From Hemiscyllium ocellatum (taxonomy: Eukaryota), in the NCBI RefSeq assembly GCF_020745735.1, contig NW_026868245.1, positions 1-62,693 on the forward strand: a stretch of DNA of 62,693 nt. Direction: 5' to 3'. The stretch's first letter is position 1; every line of letters begins with the position of its first letter. Positions 1 through 14,800 of this stretch are shown here, one piece after another. Position numbers and translations under genes: made by a program. The notes under the pieces are model-generated. The model did no database searches. It worked only from the letters and a program-made list of their open reading frames with translations, and was not told where the DNA came from.

Positions 1-132
1 CCTCCATCCCCCTCCCTCCACTGTCCCTCCTCCCTCCCCCTCCCCCACCCTACCCCCTCACTCCCTCCCCCTCCCCACCCCGCCCCCTCCCTCCCTGGCC
101 CCCTCCCTCCCTCCCCCTCCCCCTCCCCTCAC

Positions 133-431
133 CTTGCTGATGAAGGAGTCCTTGCTGCAGAGCCCCTCGATATACTCGATGAGTTCGGGGATGGCACCCA
201 CTCCGCCCGCGTCCCCGTCTCCCTCCTCAGCCCCTGGGGGCGCCTCACTGCAGCCCCCCGCCCAGGTCTCCCTCTGCAGGGACTCCATGATCTCAATGTA
301 CTGGGAGACCGCCTCCTCACCGGGGGCTGGAAGCTCCCTGCGGGCCCCTGGGGGCGACAGGACAGGGTTGCGGGCGGTTCTGTGGGGGCGCCCCGATGCC
401 AGCTTGGTGTCAGTCTTCCATGTCGCGGGCT
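133..431 (-). CDS. NUTM1: NUT-family (NUTM1-like) internal coding exon carrying the acidic p300-binding region
   Basis: Translates (E)PATWK...GEEAVSQYIEIMESL...ELIEYIEGLCSKDSFISK, matching the recalled NUTM1 motifs EAVKEYVDIMEWL and LLSYINELCSQKVFVSKV. Acceptor ccttccccccgagacAG at 433-432 with a CTGAC branch site near 464; donor AAG|GTGAGG at 132-131. 299 nt, phase 1 to phase 0. Confidence 0.88.
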
Positions 432-3400
432 CTGTCTCGGGGGGAAGGCAACGAGAGGGAGGGTCAGAGACAGTGGGGTCTGCACGGGGAGGGGCTACAG
501 GGAGAGGTGAGGGTCCGTACCCCACACTAACCTGAAATTAACCCTGAACCCGTCCCCAACATTAACCTATATGTTCACCTGAAATTAACCCCGAAATTAA
601 CCTGAAATTAACCCCGAGATTAACCTGAAATTAACCTGAATTGAACCACGACATTAACTTGAAATTAACCGCAAGACTGATTTGAAATTAACCCAAGAAT
701 AACCTGAATTTAACCCTGAGTTTAACCTCAAAGTGACCCTGAGATTAACCTGAAATAAACCCTGATATTAACCTGAATTTAACCCCGAGATTGACCTGAA
801 ATTAGCACTAAGATTAAACTGAATTAACCCAAAGTGCAGCCCAAAATTAATCCCCATATTAACCCTGAGATTTACCCAAAATTAATCCAGAGACTAACCT
901 GAAATTAACCCTGACATTAAACGTGAGATTAACATGAAATAAACTTGCATTTAATGGCGAAATTAACCTGAAATTAACCCCTACATTCATCTGAAACTAA
1001 TCCCGACATTAACTTGAAATTAACTGAAAGACTGATTTGAAATTAACCCAAGAATAACCTGAATTTAACCCTGAGATTAACCTCAAAGTAACCCTGAGAT
1101 TAACCTGAAATAAACCCCGATATTAACCTGAATTTAACCCTGAGATTAACCTGAAATTAGCACCAAGATTAACCTGAAATTAACCTGAATTGAACCACGA
1201 CATTAACTTGAAATTAACTGAAAGACTGATTTGAAATTAACCCAAGAATAACCTGAATTTAACCCTGAGATTAACCTCAAAGTAACCCTGAGATTAACCT
1301 GAAATAAACCCCGATATTAACCTGAATTTAACCCCGAGATTAACCTGAAATTAGCACCAAGATTAACCTGAAATTAACCTGAATTGAACCACGACATTAA
1401 CTTGAAATTAACCGCAAGACTGATTTGAAATTAACCCAAGAATAACCTGAATTTAACCCTGAGTTTAACCTCAAAGTGACCCTGTGATTAACCTGAAATA
1501 AACCCTGATATTAACCTGAATTTAACCCCGAGATTAACTTGAAATTAGCACCAAGATTAACCTGAAATTAACCCAAAGTGTAGCCCAAAATTAATCCCCA
1601 TATTAACCCTGAGATTTACCCAAAATTAATCCAGAGACTAACCTGAAATTAACCCTGACATTAAACTTGAGATTAACATGAAATAAACTTGCATTTAATG
1701 GCGAAATTAACCTGAAATTAACCCCTACATTCATCTGAAACTAATCCCGAGATTAAGTTGAAATTAACCTAAAACGTAATATGAAATGAACACCGAGATT
1801 AACCCAAAATCAATGTCTAAACTAATCTGACACTAACCCTGAGATTAACCTGAAATTAACCCCGAGATTAACCCAAAATTTATCTGAAATTAACCCTGCG
1901 AGTAACCAGAAATTAACACAATATTGAATTTACATTAACCCTGAGATTAACCTGAAATTAACTGTATGATTAACCTGAATTTTAGCATGAGATTAACCTG
2001 AAATTAACCCCTAGACTAACCTGATATTAACCATGAAATTAACAACGAGATTAACCTGAAATTAATCACTCGGTTAAACTGACATTTATCACAAGATTAT
2101 CCCCAAAAGTAATTTCGAAATTAAACCTCAGATTATTCTAAAATTAAACTGAAATTAGCCCTGAGATTAACCTGAATTTAAATCCAAGATTAACCTGAAA
2201 TTAATCCCGGGATTAACTTGAAATTAACCTAAAAATTAACCTGAAATCAACACCGAGATTAATCTGAAATTAACCCTGAGTTTATGCTGAAATTAAATCC
2301 GAGATTCACCCGAAAGTAATGTGAAATTAACCATGAGATTAACAGGAAATTAATCTGCAATTAATCCTGAGATTAACCAAAAATTAACCCCATTTTGAAT
2401 TGAAATTTACCCTGAGATTATCCTGAAATTAACTCTACGATTAACCTGAAATTAATCCCTAGACTAACCTGATATTTATCATGAAATTAACAATGAGATT
2501 AACGTGAAATTAATCGTTAGGTTAAACTGATATTTATCCTGAGATTAATGCAAAATTAACTCTGAAATTAAACCTGAGATAATCCTGAAATTAACCCCAA
2601 GATTTAGCTGAAATTAACCCTGAGATTACCTGAATTTAAATCTGAAATTAACCCCGAGATTAACCTGAACTAAACCTGAGATTAGCCCAGAAATTAACCC
2701 TGCAATTAGTCTGAATTTAACCCTGTGATTAACCTGAAATTAAACTCTAGATTAACCTGAAATTAACCCCTCGATTACCTTGAAACTAACCCCAAGATTA
2801 ATGTGAAATCAACCCTGAGATTAACATGAAATTAACCATGATATTAAACTGAAATTAACTTCAAGATTCACCTGAAAGTAATCTGAAATTAACCATGAGA
2901 TTAAATGGAGATTAACACCATTTTGAACTGAAATTAATCCCGAGGCAAACGTGAAATTAACCCTGCGATTAACCTGAAATTTACCATGATATTAACCTGA
3001 AATCAACCCCAAGATTAACACTGAAATCAAAGGCAAAATCAACCTGAAATCAACACTGGGATTAACCAGAAATCAACACCGAGTTAAACCTGAATTTACC
3101 CCAAAGATTATTCTCAGATTTACCCTGAGATTAGCCTGAAATCAACATGGAGAGTTAATCTGAAATTAACCCTGAGATTGACCTGAAATCAAACCCAAGA
3201 TTAACCTGAATTTAAATCAGAAATTAACTCCAAGATTATCCTGAATTTAACCCCGAGATTAGCACAGAAATTAATCCCGCGATTAGCCTGAAATTAAACT
3301 CTAGATTAACCTGAAATCAACACTGAGATTAACCTGATAGTACCACTGAAATTAATCTGAAATTCACCCTGATATGAACCCTGAGATTTATCTGAAATTA

Positions 3401-6400
3401 ACTCTAAAATTAATCTGATATTAACCATGAGATTAACCTGAGATTAACCCTTCGAGTAACCTGAAATTAATCCTGAAATTAACCCTGAGATTAACCTGAA
3501 ATTAACCCAAGTTTAACATGAAATCAACACTGAGATTAACCTGATGTTACCACAGCAATTAATCAAAAATTAACCCAGATATGAAACCTGAAATTAACCC
3601 CGAGATTAGCCTGAAATTAACTCCGAGATTAGCCCTGAAATTAACCATGAGATTAATCTGAATTTAACCCTGAGATTAACCACGATATTAACCTGAAATT
3701 AACCACAAAACTAATGTGAAATTAAGCCTGAGATTAACCTGAAATTAACCAGTGGACTAACCTGAAATTAACCCTGAGACTAACCTGAAATTAACCATTA
3801 TATTAACCTGAAATTATTCCCAAGATTAACTTGAAATTAGCACTAAATTAATTCTGAGATTAACCTGAAATTAACCTCAAGATTAACCTGAAATCAACAC
3901 TGAGATTAACCTAATGTTACCCTGATATTAACCTGAAATTGACTCTAAAATTACTTTGCAATTAACCACGATATTAACCTGAAATTAATCCTGAGATTAA
4001 CCTGAAATTAACCCTGAGATTAACCTGAAATTAACCCTAAGATTAACACTGAAATTAACCTCAAAATTAGCCTGAAATCAGTGAGATTAACCGGATGTTA
4101 CCCCTGAGATTAACCTGAAATTAAACCCGATATTAACCCTAAAATTAACCCCGAGATTAACCCTAAATGTAACCCCGAGGTTAATCTGGAATTAACCTCT
4201 AGGTTACCATGAATCTAATCCCGAGATTAATATGAAATCAACCCTGAGATTAACCTGAAATTAACCCTGAGACAAACTTGAAATTCACCCTGAAACTAAC
4301 CTGAAATTAGCCAAGATTAACCTGACATTAACTCGAGATTTACCTGAAATTAACCACTGGATAACCTGAAATTAACCATGAGACTAAACTGAAATTAACC
4401 CTGAGAATAACTCTGAAATTAACCCCGATATTAACCCTAAAATTACACCAAGATTAACCCGAAATTAACTCTAACATTAATTTGAAATTAACCCTGAGAT
4501 TAACACTGAAATTAATCTCAAGCTCAACCTGAAATCACTGAGATTAACTTGATATTACATCTGAAATTAATCTGAAATTAACCCCGATATTAAACTGAGG
4601 TTAACCCTTAGAGTAACCTGAAATTAACCCCGATATTAACCATAAAATTAACCCCGAGATTAACCCGAAATTAACTCTAACATCAATCTGAAATTAACCA
4701 TGAGATTAACCTGATATTAACCCTTAGAGTAACTTGAAATTAATCCTGAGATTAACCTTAATTGACCCTGAGATTAACCAGAAATTAACCCGAGTTTAAC
4801 CCATTAATTAACCCAGAGATTAACGTGAATTTAACACTGAGATTAACGTGAAATCCACTCCAAGATCAACCGGAAGATTATCCTGAGATTAACCCTGATA
4901 TTAACCTGAAATTAACCCTGAGATTAATCTGAAATTAATCCTGAGATTAACCTGAAATTAACCCCACGATCAGCCTGAATTTAACTCTGAGATTAACGTG
5001 ACGTTAACCCCTAGGTAAACCCTGAAATTAAAACTGTGATTATCCTGAAATTAACCCCAAGATTAAAATGAAATTAGCCCAGAGATTAACCTGAATTTAA
5101 ATCCACGATTAACTGAAATTAACCCCGAGATTAGCCCTGAAATTGATCCTGAAATTAACCTTGAGATTAACCTGAATTTAACCCCGTGATTAACACTGAA
5201 ATTAACCCCACGATTAGTCTGATTGTAACTGCAAGATTAACCTGAAATTAACCTCCAGATTACCATGAATCTAACCCCGAGATTAATGTGAAATTAACCC
5301 TGAGATTAACCTGAAATTAACTCTGAGACAAACATGAAATTCACCCTGAAACTAACCTGAAATTAACCCCAGGATTTACCTGAAATCAACACTGACATTA
5401 ATCTGAAATCAACACTGAGATTAACCTGATGTCATCCCTGAGATTAATCTGAAATTAGTCCCGAGATGAACCCGAAATTAACCCTTAGAGTAACCTGAAA
5501 TTAATCCTGAGATTAACCCTGAGATTAACCTGAAATTGACCCTGAGATTAATTTGAAATTAACCCTGAGATTAACACTGACATTAACCTCAAGATTAACC
5601 TGAAATCAGTGAGATTAACCTGATGTGACCCCTGAGATTAATCTGAAATTAACCCCGATATTAACCCTAAAATTAACCCTAGGATTAACCCGAAATTAAC
5701 TCTAACATTAATCTGATGTTAGCCACGAGATTAACCTGAAATTAACCCCTGGACTAACATAAAACTAACCGTGAGATCAACCATAAATTAACCATGATGT
5801 TAACCTGAAATTAATCCCGAGATTAGCTTGACATTAACGATGATGTTAACCTAAAATTAACCCTGAGATTAGCCTAAAATTAACCCTGAGATTAACCTGA
5901 AATTAACCTTGAGATTAACACTGAACCTAACCTCAAGATTAACCTGAAATCAGTGAGATTAACCTGATGTTGCCCCTGAGATTAATCTGAAATTAACCCC
6001 GATATTAACCCTAAAATTACCCCACGATTAACCTGAAATTAACTCTAATATCAATCTGAAATTAACCATGAGATTAACCCTGAGTAACTTGAAATTAATC
6101 CTGAGATTAACCCTGAGATTAACCTCAATTGAACCCTGAGATTAACCTGAAATTAACCCGAGTTTAACCCTTGAATTAACCCAGAGATTAATGTGAATTT
6201 AACACCGAGAATAATGTGAAATCAACTCCAAGATCAACCACAAGATTAACCTGAAATTAACCCTGAGATTAACCTGAAATTAACCCTCAGATTAATCTGA
6301 ATGTAAAGCCAAGATAATCCCTAACATTAACCTGAAATTAACCCTGAGATTAACACTGAAATTAACCCCACGATTAGTCTGATTGTAACTGCAAGATTGA

Positions 6401-8656
6401 CCTGAAATTAACTACTAGATTACCTTGAAACTAACCCCGTGATTAATGTGAAATTAACCCTGAGATTAACCTGAAATTAACCACGATATTAACTTGAAAT
6501 TAACCCCGAGATAAACGTGAAATTAGCCCTGAGATTAACCCAAAATTAACGCTAACATTAATCTGAAATTAACCATGAGGAATTAACCCTTAGAGTAACC
6601 CGAAATTAATCCTGATATTAACCATGAGATTAACCTGAAATTAACCCCAAGATTAATTTGAAATTAAACCCGATATTAACCAGAAATTAACCCCGAGTTT
6701 AATCCTTGAATTAACCCAGAGATTAACGTGAATTTAACACTGAGATTAACGTGAAATTAATCCTGTGATTAACCTGAATTTAAACCCACAGTAACCCTGA
6801 GATTAATCTGGAATTGATCCTGTGATTAATCTGAAATTAACGTGAAATTAATCTGAAATTAAACCTGAGATAAATCTGAAATTAACTCTGAGATTAATCT
6901 GAAATTAACCACGATATTAACTTGAAATTAACCCCGAGATTAACCTGAAGTTAACCCTGAGATTAACCTGAAATTAATCCCGAAATTAATCTGAAATTAA
7001 CCCCTAGATTAATCTGAATGTAAAACCGAAATTTACCTTGTGATTAACCTGAAATTAACCCCGAGTTTAACCTGAAAATAACTTCTAGATTAACCTGGAA
7101 TTTACCTCTAGATTAACCTGGAACTAACCCCTGGTTTACCCTAAAATTAACCCTGAGATTAATGTGAAATTAGCTCTGAGATTAACCCGAAATTGACCCT
7201 AACATTAATCTGAAATTAACCATGAGTTTAATCTGAAATTAATCCTGATAGTAACCATGAGATTAACATGAATTGAACCCTGAGATTATCCTGAAATTAA
7301 GCCAAGATTATCTTGAAATTAAACCTGATATTAACCTGAAATTAATCCTGATATTAACCATGAGATTAACATGAATTGAACCCTGAGATTATCTTGAAAT
7401 TAAACCTGATATTAACCTGAAATTAATCCTGATATTAACCATGAGATTAACATGAATTAAACCCTGAGACTATCTTGAAATTAACCTGATATTAACCTGA
7501 AATTAACCCCGAGTTTGATCCTTGAATTAACCCAGAGATTAACGTGAATTTAACACTGAGATTATCGTGAAATTAATCCTGTGATTAACCTGAATTTAAA
7601 CCCACAGTAACCCTGAGATTAATCTGGAATTGATCCTGTGATTAATCTGAAGTTAACCCTGAGATTAACCTGAATGGACCCCAAGATTAACCTGAAATTA
7701 GTCTGAAATTAATCCCGAGATTAATCGGAAATTAAACCCTAGATAACTCTGAAATTAATTCTGAGATTAATCTGAAATTAACTGCAATATTAACTAAAAG
7801 TTAACCCCTAGATTAATCTGAAATTAGTCCCTAGACTAACCTGAAGTTAACCCTGAGATTAACCTGAAATTGGCACCAAGATTAAATGGACATTAACCCC
7901 AAGATTAACCTGAAATTAACCCTGAGATTAACCTGAATTTAACGCTGAGTTAACCCTTGAATTAACCCAGAGATTAATGTGAAATTAACCCCGATATTAA
8001 ACCGAGATTAACCCAAAATTAACCCTGAGATTAACCTGAAATGAAACCCAATATTAACCCTGAGATCGATCTGAAATTATTCCCAAGATTATCCAGAAAT
8101 TAAACCCGAGTTTAACTTGAAATTAACCCCAAGATTAACCTGAATTTAAAACTGATATTAGCCTGAAATTAAGCCTGAGATTAACCCTGAAATTAAGATC
8201 TAGATTATCCTGAAATTAACCACGATATTAACCTGAACTTAACCACAAGATTAACCTAAAATTAGTCCCTAGATTAAACTGATACTTATTCTGATATTAA
8301 CCCAAAATTAACTTTGAAATTAAACCCAATATAAACCTGAAATTAACCAAAAGATTAACCTGAAATTAACCCTGAGATTAACCTGAATTTAACCCCGACA
8401 ATTAACCCTGATTTTCACCCCGAGATCAACACTGATATTTACCTCAAAATTAACCTGAAATCAATGCCAAGATTAAACTGAAATCAACACCAAGATAAAT
8501 CTGAATTTAATCCTGAGATTAAAGTGAAATTAACCCCGGGATTAACCCAAAATTAATCTGCAATTAACCCGGAGATTAACCAGAAATTAACACCATTTTG
8601 AACTGAAATTAACACAGATTAACCTGAAATTAACTCTATGACTAACCTGAATTTTG

Positions 8657-8806
8657 CCAATTTAGCAAATTGCCCGTAGTGTTAGGTAAAGGGGTAAACG
8701 TGGGGGAATGGGTCTGGGTGGGTTATTCTTCAGCGGGTCAGTGTGGACTTGTTGGGCCGAAGGGCCTGTTTCCACACTAAGTAATCTAATCTAATCTAGT
8801 CTAATC
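8657..8806 (+). mobile_element. 5'-truncated HE1-type SINE inserted in the satellite
   Basis: aaattgcccgtagtgttagg...gtggacttgttgggccgaagggcctgtttccacact plus a (TCTAA)n tail. Matches the 3' half of the full copy at 26422. Confidence 0.85.
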
Positions 8807-11800
8807 TAACACCATTTTGAACTGAATTTAACCCTGAGACAAACGTGAAATTAACCCTAAGATTAACCCGAAATTAACCTCAAGATTAACCTGAAATCAA
8901 CACTGAGATTAACCTGATGTTCCCCCGAGATTAATCTGAAATTAACCCCGATATTAACTCGAAATTAACTCTAACATTAATCTGAAAGTAAACCATAGAA
9001 TAACCTGAAATTTATCCTGATATTAACCCTGAGATTAACCTGAATTTTACCCCAAATTTCACCCTTAAATTAACCCAGAGATTAACGTGAATTTAACACT
9101 GAGATTAATGTGAAATTAACCCCTATATTAAGATGAAATTAAAACTGAGATTAACCTGAATGTAAAGCTGAGATTTACTCCGAGATTATCCTGAAAATAA
9201 CCCCTAGATTAACCTGAACTGAACCCCGATATTAATCTGAAATTAATCCTGAGATAATCTTGAAATTAACCCCGGGATTAATCTGAAATTAACCCCGAGA
9301 TTAACCCTGAAATTAACCTTGTGATTAACCTGAAATTAACTTCTAGATTAACCTGAAATTTACCTCTAAATTAACCTGGAACTAACCCCTAGATTAATTT
9401 GAAATTAACACTGAGATTAGCCTGAAATGAACCCCAGATTAACCTGAAATTAACCATGATATTGACTTGAAATTAACCCCGAGACAAACGTGAAATTAGC
9501 CCTGAGATTAACCCAAAATTAACGCTAACATTAATCTGAAATTAACCATGAGCTAAATCTGGAATTAACCTTAGAGTAACCTGAAAGTAATCCTGATATT
9601 AACCATGAGATTAACATGAATTGAACCCTGAGATTAACCAGAAATTAATCCAAGATTAACTTGAAATTAAACCCGAGATTAACCTGAAATTAACCCCAAG
9701 TTTAATCCTTGAATTAATCCAGAGATTAACGTAAATTTAAACTGAGATTAATGTGAAATTAATCCTGCGATTAACCTAAATTTAAATCCATAGTAACCAT
9801 GGGGTTAATCTGGAATTAATACTATGATTAATCTGAAATTAACCCTGAGATTAACCTGAAATTAATCCCGAGATTAATTGGAAATTAAACCTGAGATAAA
9901 CCTGAAATTAACTCTGAGATTAATCTGAAATTAACCACAATATTAACTTGATATTTACCCCTAGATTAACCTGAATTTAGTCCCTAGACTAACCTGAAGT
10001 TAACCCTGAGATTAACCTTAAATTAGCACCAAGATTCAGCTGAAATTAACCCCAAGAGTAACCTGAAATTAATTCCAAGATTAACCCTGAGATTTACCCA
10101 AAATTAATCCAGAGACTAGCCTGAAATTAACCGTGAGGTTAACCCTGACATTAAACTAAAGGTTAACATGAAATTAACTTGAATTTAACGGCGAGATTAA
10201 CCCAAAATTAACCCTGAGATTAACCTGAAATTAACCCCTACATTAACCTGAAATTAATTCCAAGATTAAGTTGAAATTAACCTAAAAATTAACATGAAAT
10301 CAACACCAAGATTATCCCGAAATGAACACTGAGATTAATCTGAAATTAACCCTGAGATTAACCTGAAATTAATCCTGAGATTCACCCAATAGTAATCTGA
10401 AACTAACCATGATATTAATAGGAAATTAACATCATTTTGAACTGAAAACATGAAATTTACCACGATAGTAACCTGAAATTAAACCCTATTAACCTGAAAT
10501 TAAGCCCTAGACTAATCTGATATTAACCATAAAATTACCAATGAGATTAAGATGAAATTAATCGCTAGGTTAAACTGATATTTATCCTGAGATTTAGCAA
10601 AATTAACTCCGAAATTAAACCCGAGATAATCTTGAAATTAACCCCAAGATTAAGTTGAAATTAACCCCAAGATTAAGCTGAAATTAACCCCGAGATTAAC
10701 CTGAATTTAAATCTGAAATTAACCCCAAGATTAACCTGAAATTAATCCCGAGATTAATGCAGAAATTAATCCCGCAATTAGCCTAAATTTAACCCTATGA
10801 TTAGCCTGAAATTAAACTCAAGATTGACCTGAAATTAACTACTAGATTACCTTGAAACTAACCCCGTGATTAATGTGAAATTAACCCTGAGATTAATATG
10901 AAATTAACCATGATATTAACCTGAAATTAACCCCTACACTAACCTGAAATAAACCCCGTTTTAACACTGAAATTAACCCTGTGATCAGCCTGAATTTAAA
11001 TCCAAGATTAATCTGACATTAACCCCTAGGTAAACCCTGAAATTAAACCTGAGATTTTCCTGAAATTAACCCCAAGATTAAGTTGAAATTAGTCCTGAGA
11101 TTATCCTGAATTTAAATCCATGATTCACCTGAAATTAACCGAGTTTAACCCTTAACTTAACCCAGAGATTAACGTGAATTTAACACTGAGATTAACGTGA
11201 AATCCACTCCAAGATCAACCGCAAGATTATCCTGAAATTAACCCCAAGATTAATCTGATTGTAATCCCGAGATTAACACTGAAGTTAACCCCGTGATCAG
11301 CCTGAATTTAACTCCGAGATTAATCTGACATTAACCCCTAGGTAAATCCAGATATTAAACCCAAGATTATCCTGAAATTAACCCCAAGATTAAGATGAAA
11401 TTATTCCAGAGATTAACCTGAATTTAAATCCACAATTAACCTGAAATTAACCCCAAGATTAACCTGAATTTAACCCCGTGATTAACACTGAAATTAAACC
11501 CGCGATTAGCCTGAATGTAACCACAAGATTAACCTGAAACTGACCCCTAGATTACCCTGAATCTAACCCTGAGATTAACCCTGAGATTAACCTGAAATTA
11601 ACCCCGAGATTATCCCCAAGATTAACCTGAAATTAACCCTGTGATTAACCTGAAATTAACCCTGTGATTAACCTGAATGTAAAGCTGAGATTAACTCTGA
11701 AATTAACCCCAATATTAATCTGAAATTAAGTCTGAGATTAGCTCGAAATGAACCATGAGATTAACCCAGAAGTTAACCCGAGGTTAACCTGAATTTAACC

Positions 11801-14800
11801 CTGAGATTAACACTGAAATTAACCCCATGACTAACTTAAATTTAACTGCAATATTAACCTGAAATTAACCCTAGATTAACCTGAAATTAACCCTGTGATT
11901 AACTTGAAATTAACCTCAAGATTGACCTGAAATTCACACCGAAATTAATCTGAAATCAACACTGAGATTAATATGATGTTACCCCTGATATTCATCTGAA
12001 ATTAATCCCAATATTAACCCTAAAATAAACCCCGAGATTAACCCGAACATTAATCTGCAATTAACCATGAGTTTAATCTGAAATTAGCCCTTTGAGTAAC
12101 CTAAAATTTATCCTGAGATTAACCTGAAATTAACTCAAGATTAACTTGAAATTAACCCCGGGATTAACCTGAAATTAACCCCGAGTTCAATCCTTGAATT
12201 AACCCAGAGATTAACGTGAATTTGACACTGAGATTAACGTGAAATTAACCCCAAGATTAACCCTGAGGTTAAACCTGAAATTAAATGAAAGAGTAACCTG
12301 AAATTTATCCTGAGATTAACACTGAAATTAACCTCAAGATTAATCTGAAATCAACACTGATATTAACCTGAAAGCAGACCTGAGATTAACCTGAAACTAA
12401 CCCCAAGATTAACCTGAAATTAACATGGAGGTTAACCTTGAAAGTAACCCTGAGATTAACTCGAAATCAATCCCAAGATTAACCTGAAATTAGCACATAG
12501 ATTACCTTGAATTTAAGATCAAGATTAACATGAATTGAACCCTGAGATTAACCAGAAATTATCACCAACTTGAACTGAAGTTGACCCTGAGAATAATCGG
12601 AAATTAACTCTATGCTTAATCTAAAATTGTCCCTAGACTTACCTGAAATTAACCTGAATTTAACTGTGAGATTAATCCGAAATTAATCCCTATGTTAATC
12701 TGAAACTAACTGAGATTAACCTGAAATTAACACCCAGATTAACCTGAAATTAACCCTTATATTAACCTGAATTGAACCCTAAGATTAACCTGAAATTAAC
12801 TCCAAGACTAAACTGAGATTAACCTGAATTTAACCCTGAGTTTAACCCTTGAATTAACCCAGAGATTAATGTGAATTTATCATTGAGATTAACGTGAAAT
12901 TAACCCCAAGATTAACTCTGAGATTAACCGGAAATAAACCCCGATATAAACCTGAAATTCACCCTGAGATTAGCCTGGGTTAAACACCGAGATTAACCTA
13001 GTTTATACCTTGAGATTAAACTGAAATCACACCTAGATTAACTTGACTTTAAACTCGAGATTAAGATGAATTTAATGCTGAGATTAACCTGAAATTAACC
13101 CCGAGATCAACCTGAAATTAACAAAGATATTAACCTGAAATTAACCACAAAATTAACCTGAAATTAACCCGAGATTAAGTTGAATTTAACCTAAACGTTA
13201 ACCTGAAATTAATCACGAGATTAAGTTGAAATTAACCTAAAGATTAACCTGAAATCAACACTGAGATTAACCAGAAATTAATCCTGAGATGAACCTGAAA
13301 TTAACCCTGATATTAGCCTGAAATCAACATGGAGATTTACCCTGAGATTAACAGGAAATTAACACCATTTTGAACTGAAAGTTACCCTGTGATTAACCTG
13401 AAATCAACATGGAGATTAACCCTGAAATTAACCCTAAGAATAACCTGAAATTAACCCAGAGATTAATCCGAAATTAATCTGAAATTAAGCCTGAGATTAA
13501 CCGGAAATTAACACCAATTTGAGCTGAAATTCAGTTTGAGATTAACCTGAAATTAACCTGAAACCCCTAAACTAACCTGAAATTAACCACGTTATTAACC
13601 TGAAATTAAACCCAAGATTAACTTGAAATTAACCCTGAAATTAACCTGAAAGTAACCCTGAGATTAACTTGAAATTACCCCTACGTTAACCTGAAATTAA
13701 TCTCGAGTGTAAATTGAAATTAACTTAAACATTAATGTGAGATCAATACAGAGATTAACCCAAAATCAACACCAAGATTAATCTGAAATTAAGGCTGATG
13801 TTAACCTGAAATTAGCATGGAGATTAACCCTGAGATTAACAGGAAATTAACACCATTTTGAACTGCAATTAACCTGAAATCAACATGGAATTAACCCTGA
13901 TATTAACCTGAATTTAACCCTGAGATTAACCTGAAATTATCCCTGAGATTAACTTGAAATTAATCCTGAGATGAATACTGAAAGTAACCTCAAGATTAAT
14001 CTGAAATCAACACTGAGATTAACCTGAAAACAAACCTGAGATTAACCTGAATTTAACCCCGACTTTAACCTGAAATTAACCCCTAGATTTCCCTGAATTT
14101 AACACTAAAATTAAGGTGCAATTAACACCAAGATTAACCTCTAGATTTTCCTGAAATTATCCCAAGATTAACGTGAAATTAACCCCAAGACTAACCTGAA
14201 ATTAACGTGGAGATTAACCCTGATATTAACCCGAAATCAACCCATAGATTAACCCAAAATCAACCCCAAGATTAACCCTGAAATTAACACATAGATTACC
14301 TTGAATTTAAAACCGAGATTAACATGAATTGAACCCTGATATTAACAGGAAATTAACACCAACTTGAACTGCAGTTAACCCTGAGAATAATCGGAAATTA
14401 ACTCTATGCTTAATCTAAAATTGTCCCTAGACTTACCTGAAATTAACCTGAATTTAACTGTGAGATTAATCCGAAATTAACGCATATGTTAATCTGAAAC
14501 TAACTGAGATTAACCTGAAATTAACACCCAGATTAACCTGAAATTAACCCTTATATTAACCTGAATTGAACCCTAAGATTAACCTGAAATTAACTCCAAG
14601 ACTAAACTGAGATTAACCTGAATTTAACCCTGAGTTTAACCCTTGAATTAACCCAGAGATTAATGTGAATTTATCATTGAGATTAACGTGAAATTAACCC
14701 CAAGATTAACTCTGAGATTAACCGGAAATAAACCCCGATATAAACCTGAAATTCACCCTGAGATTAGCCTGGGTTAAACACCGAGATTAACCTAGTTTAT

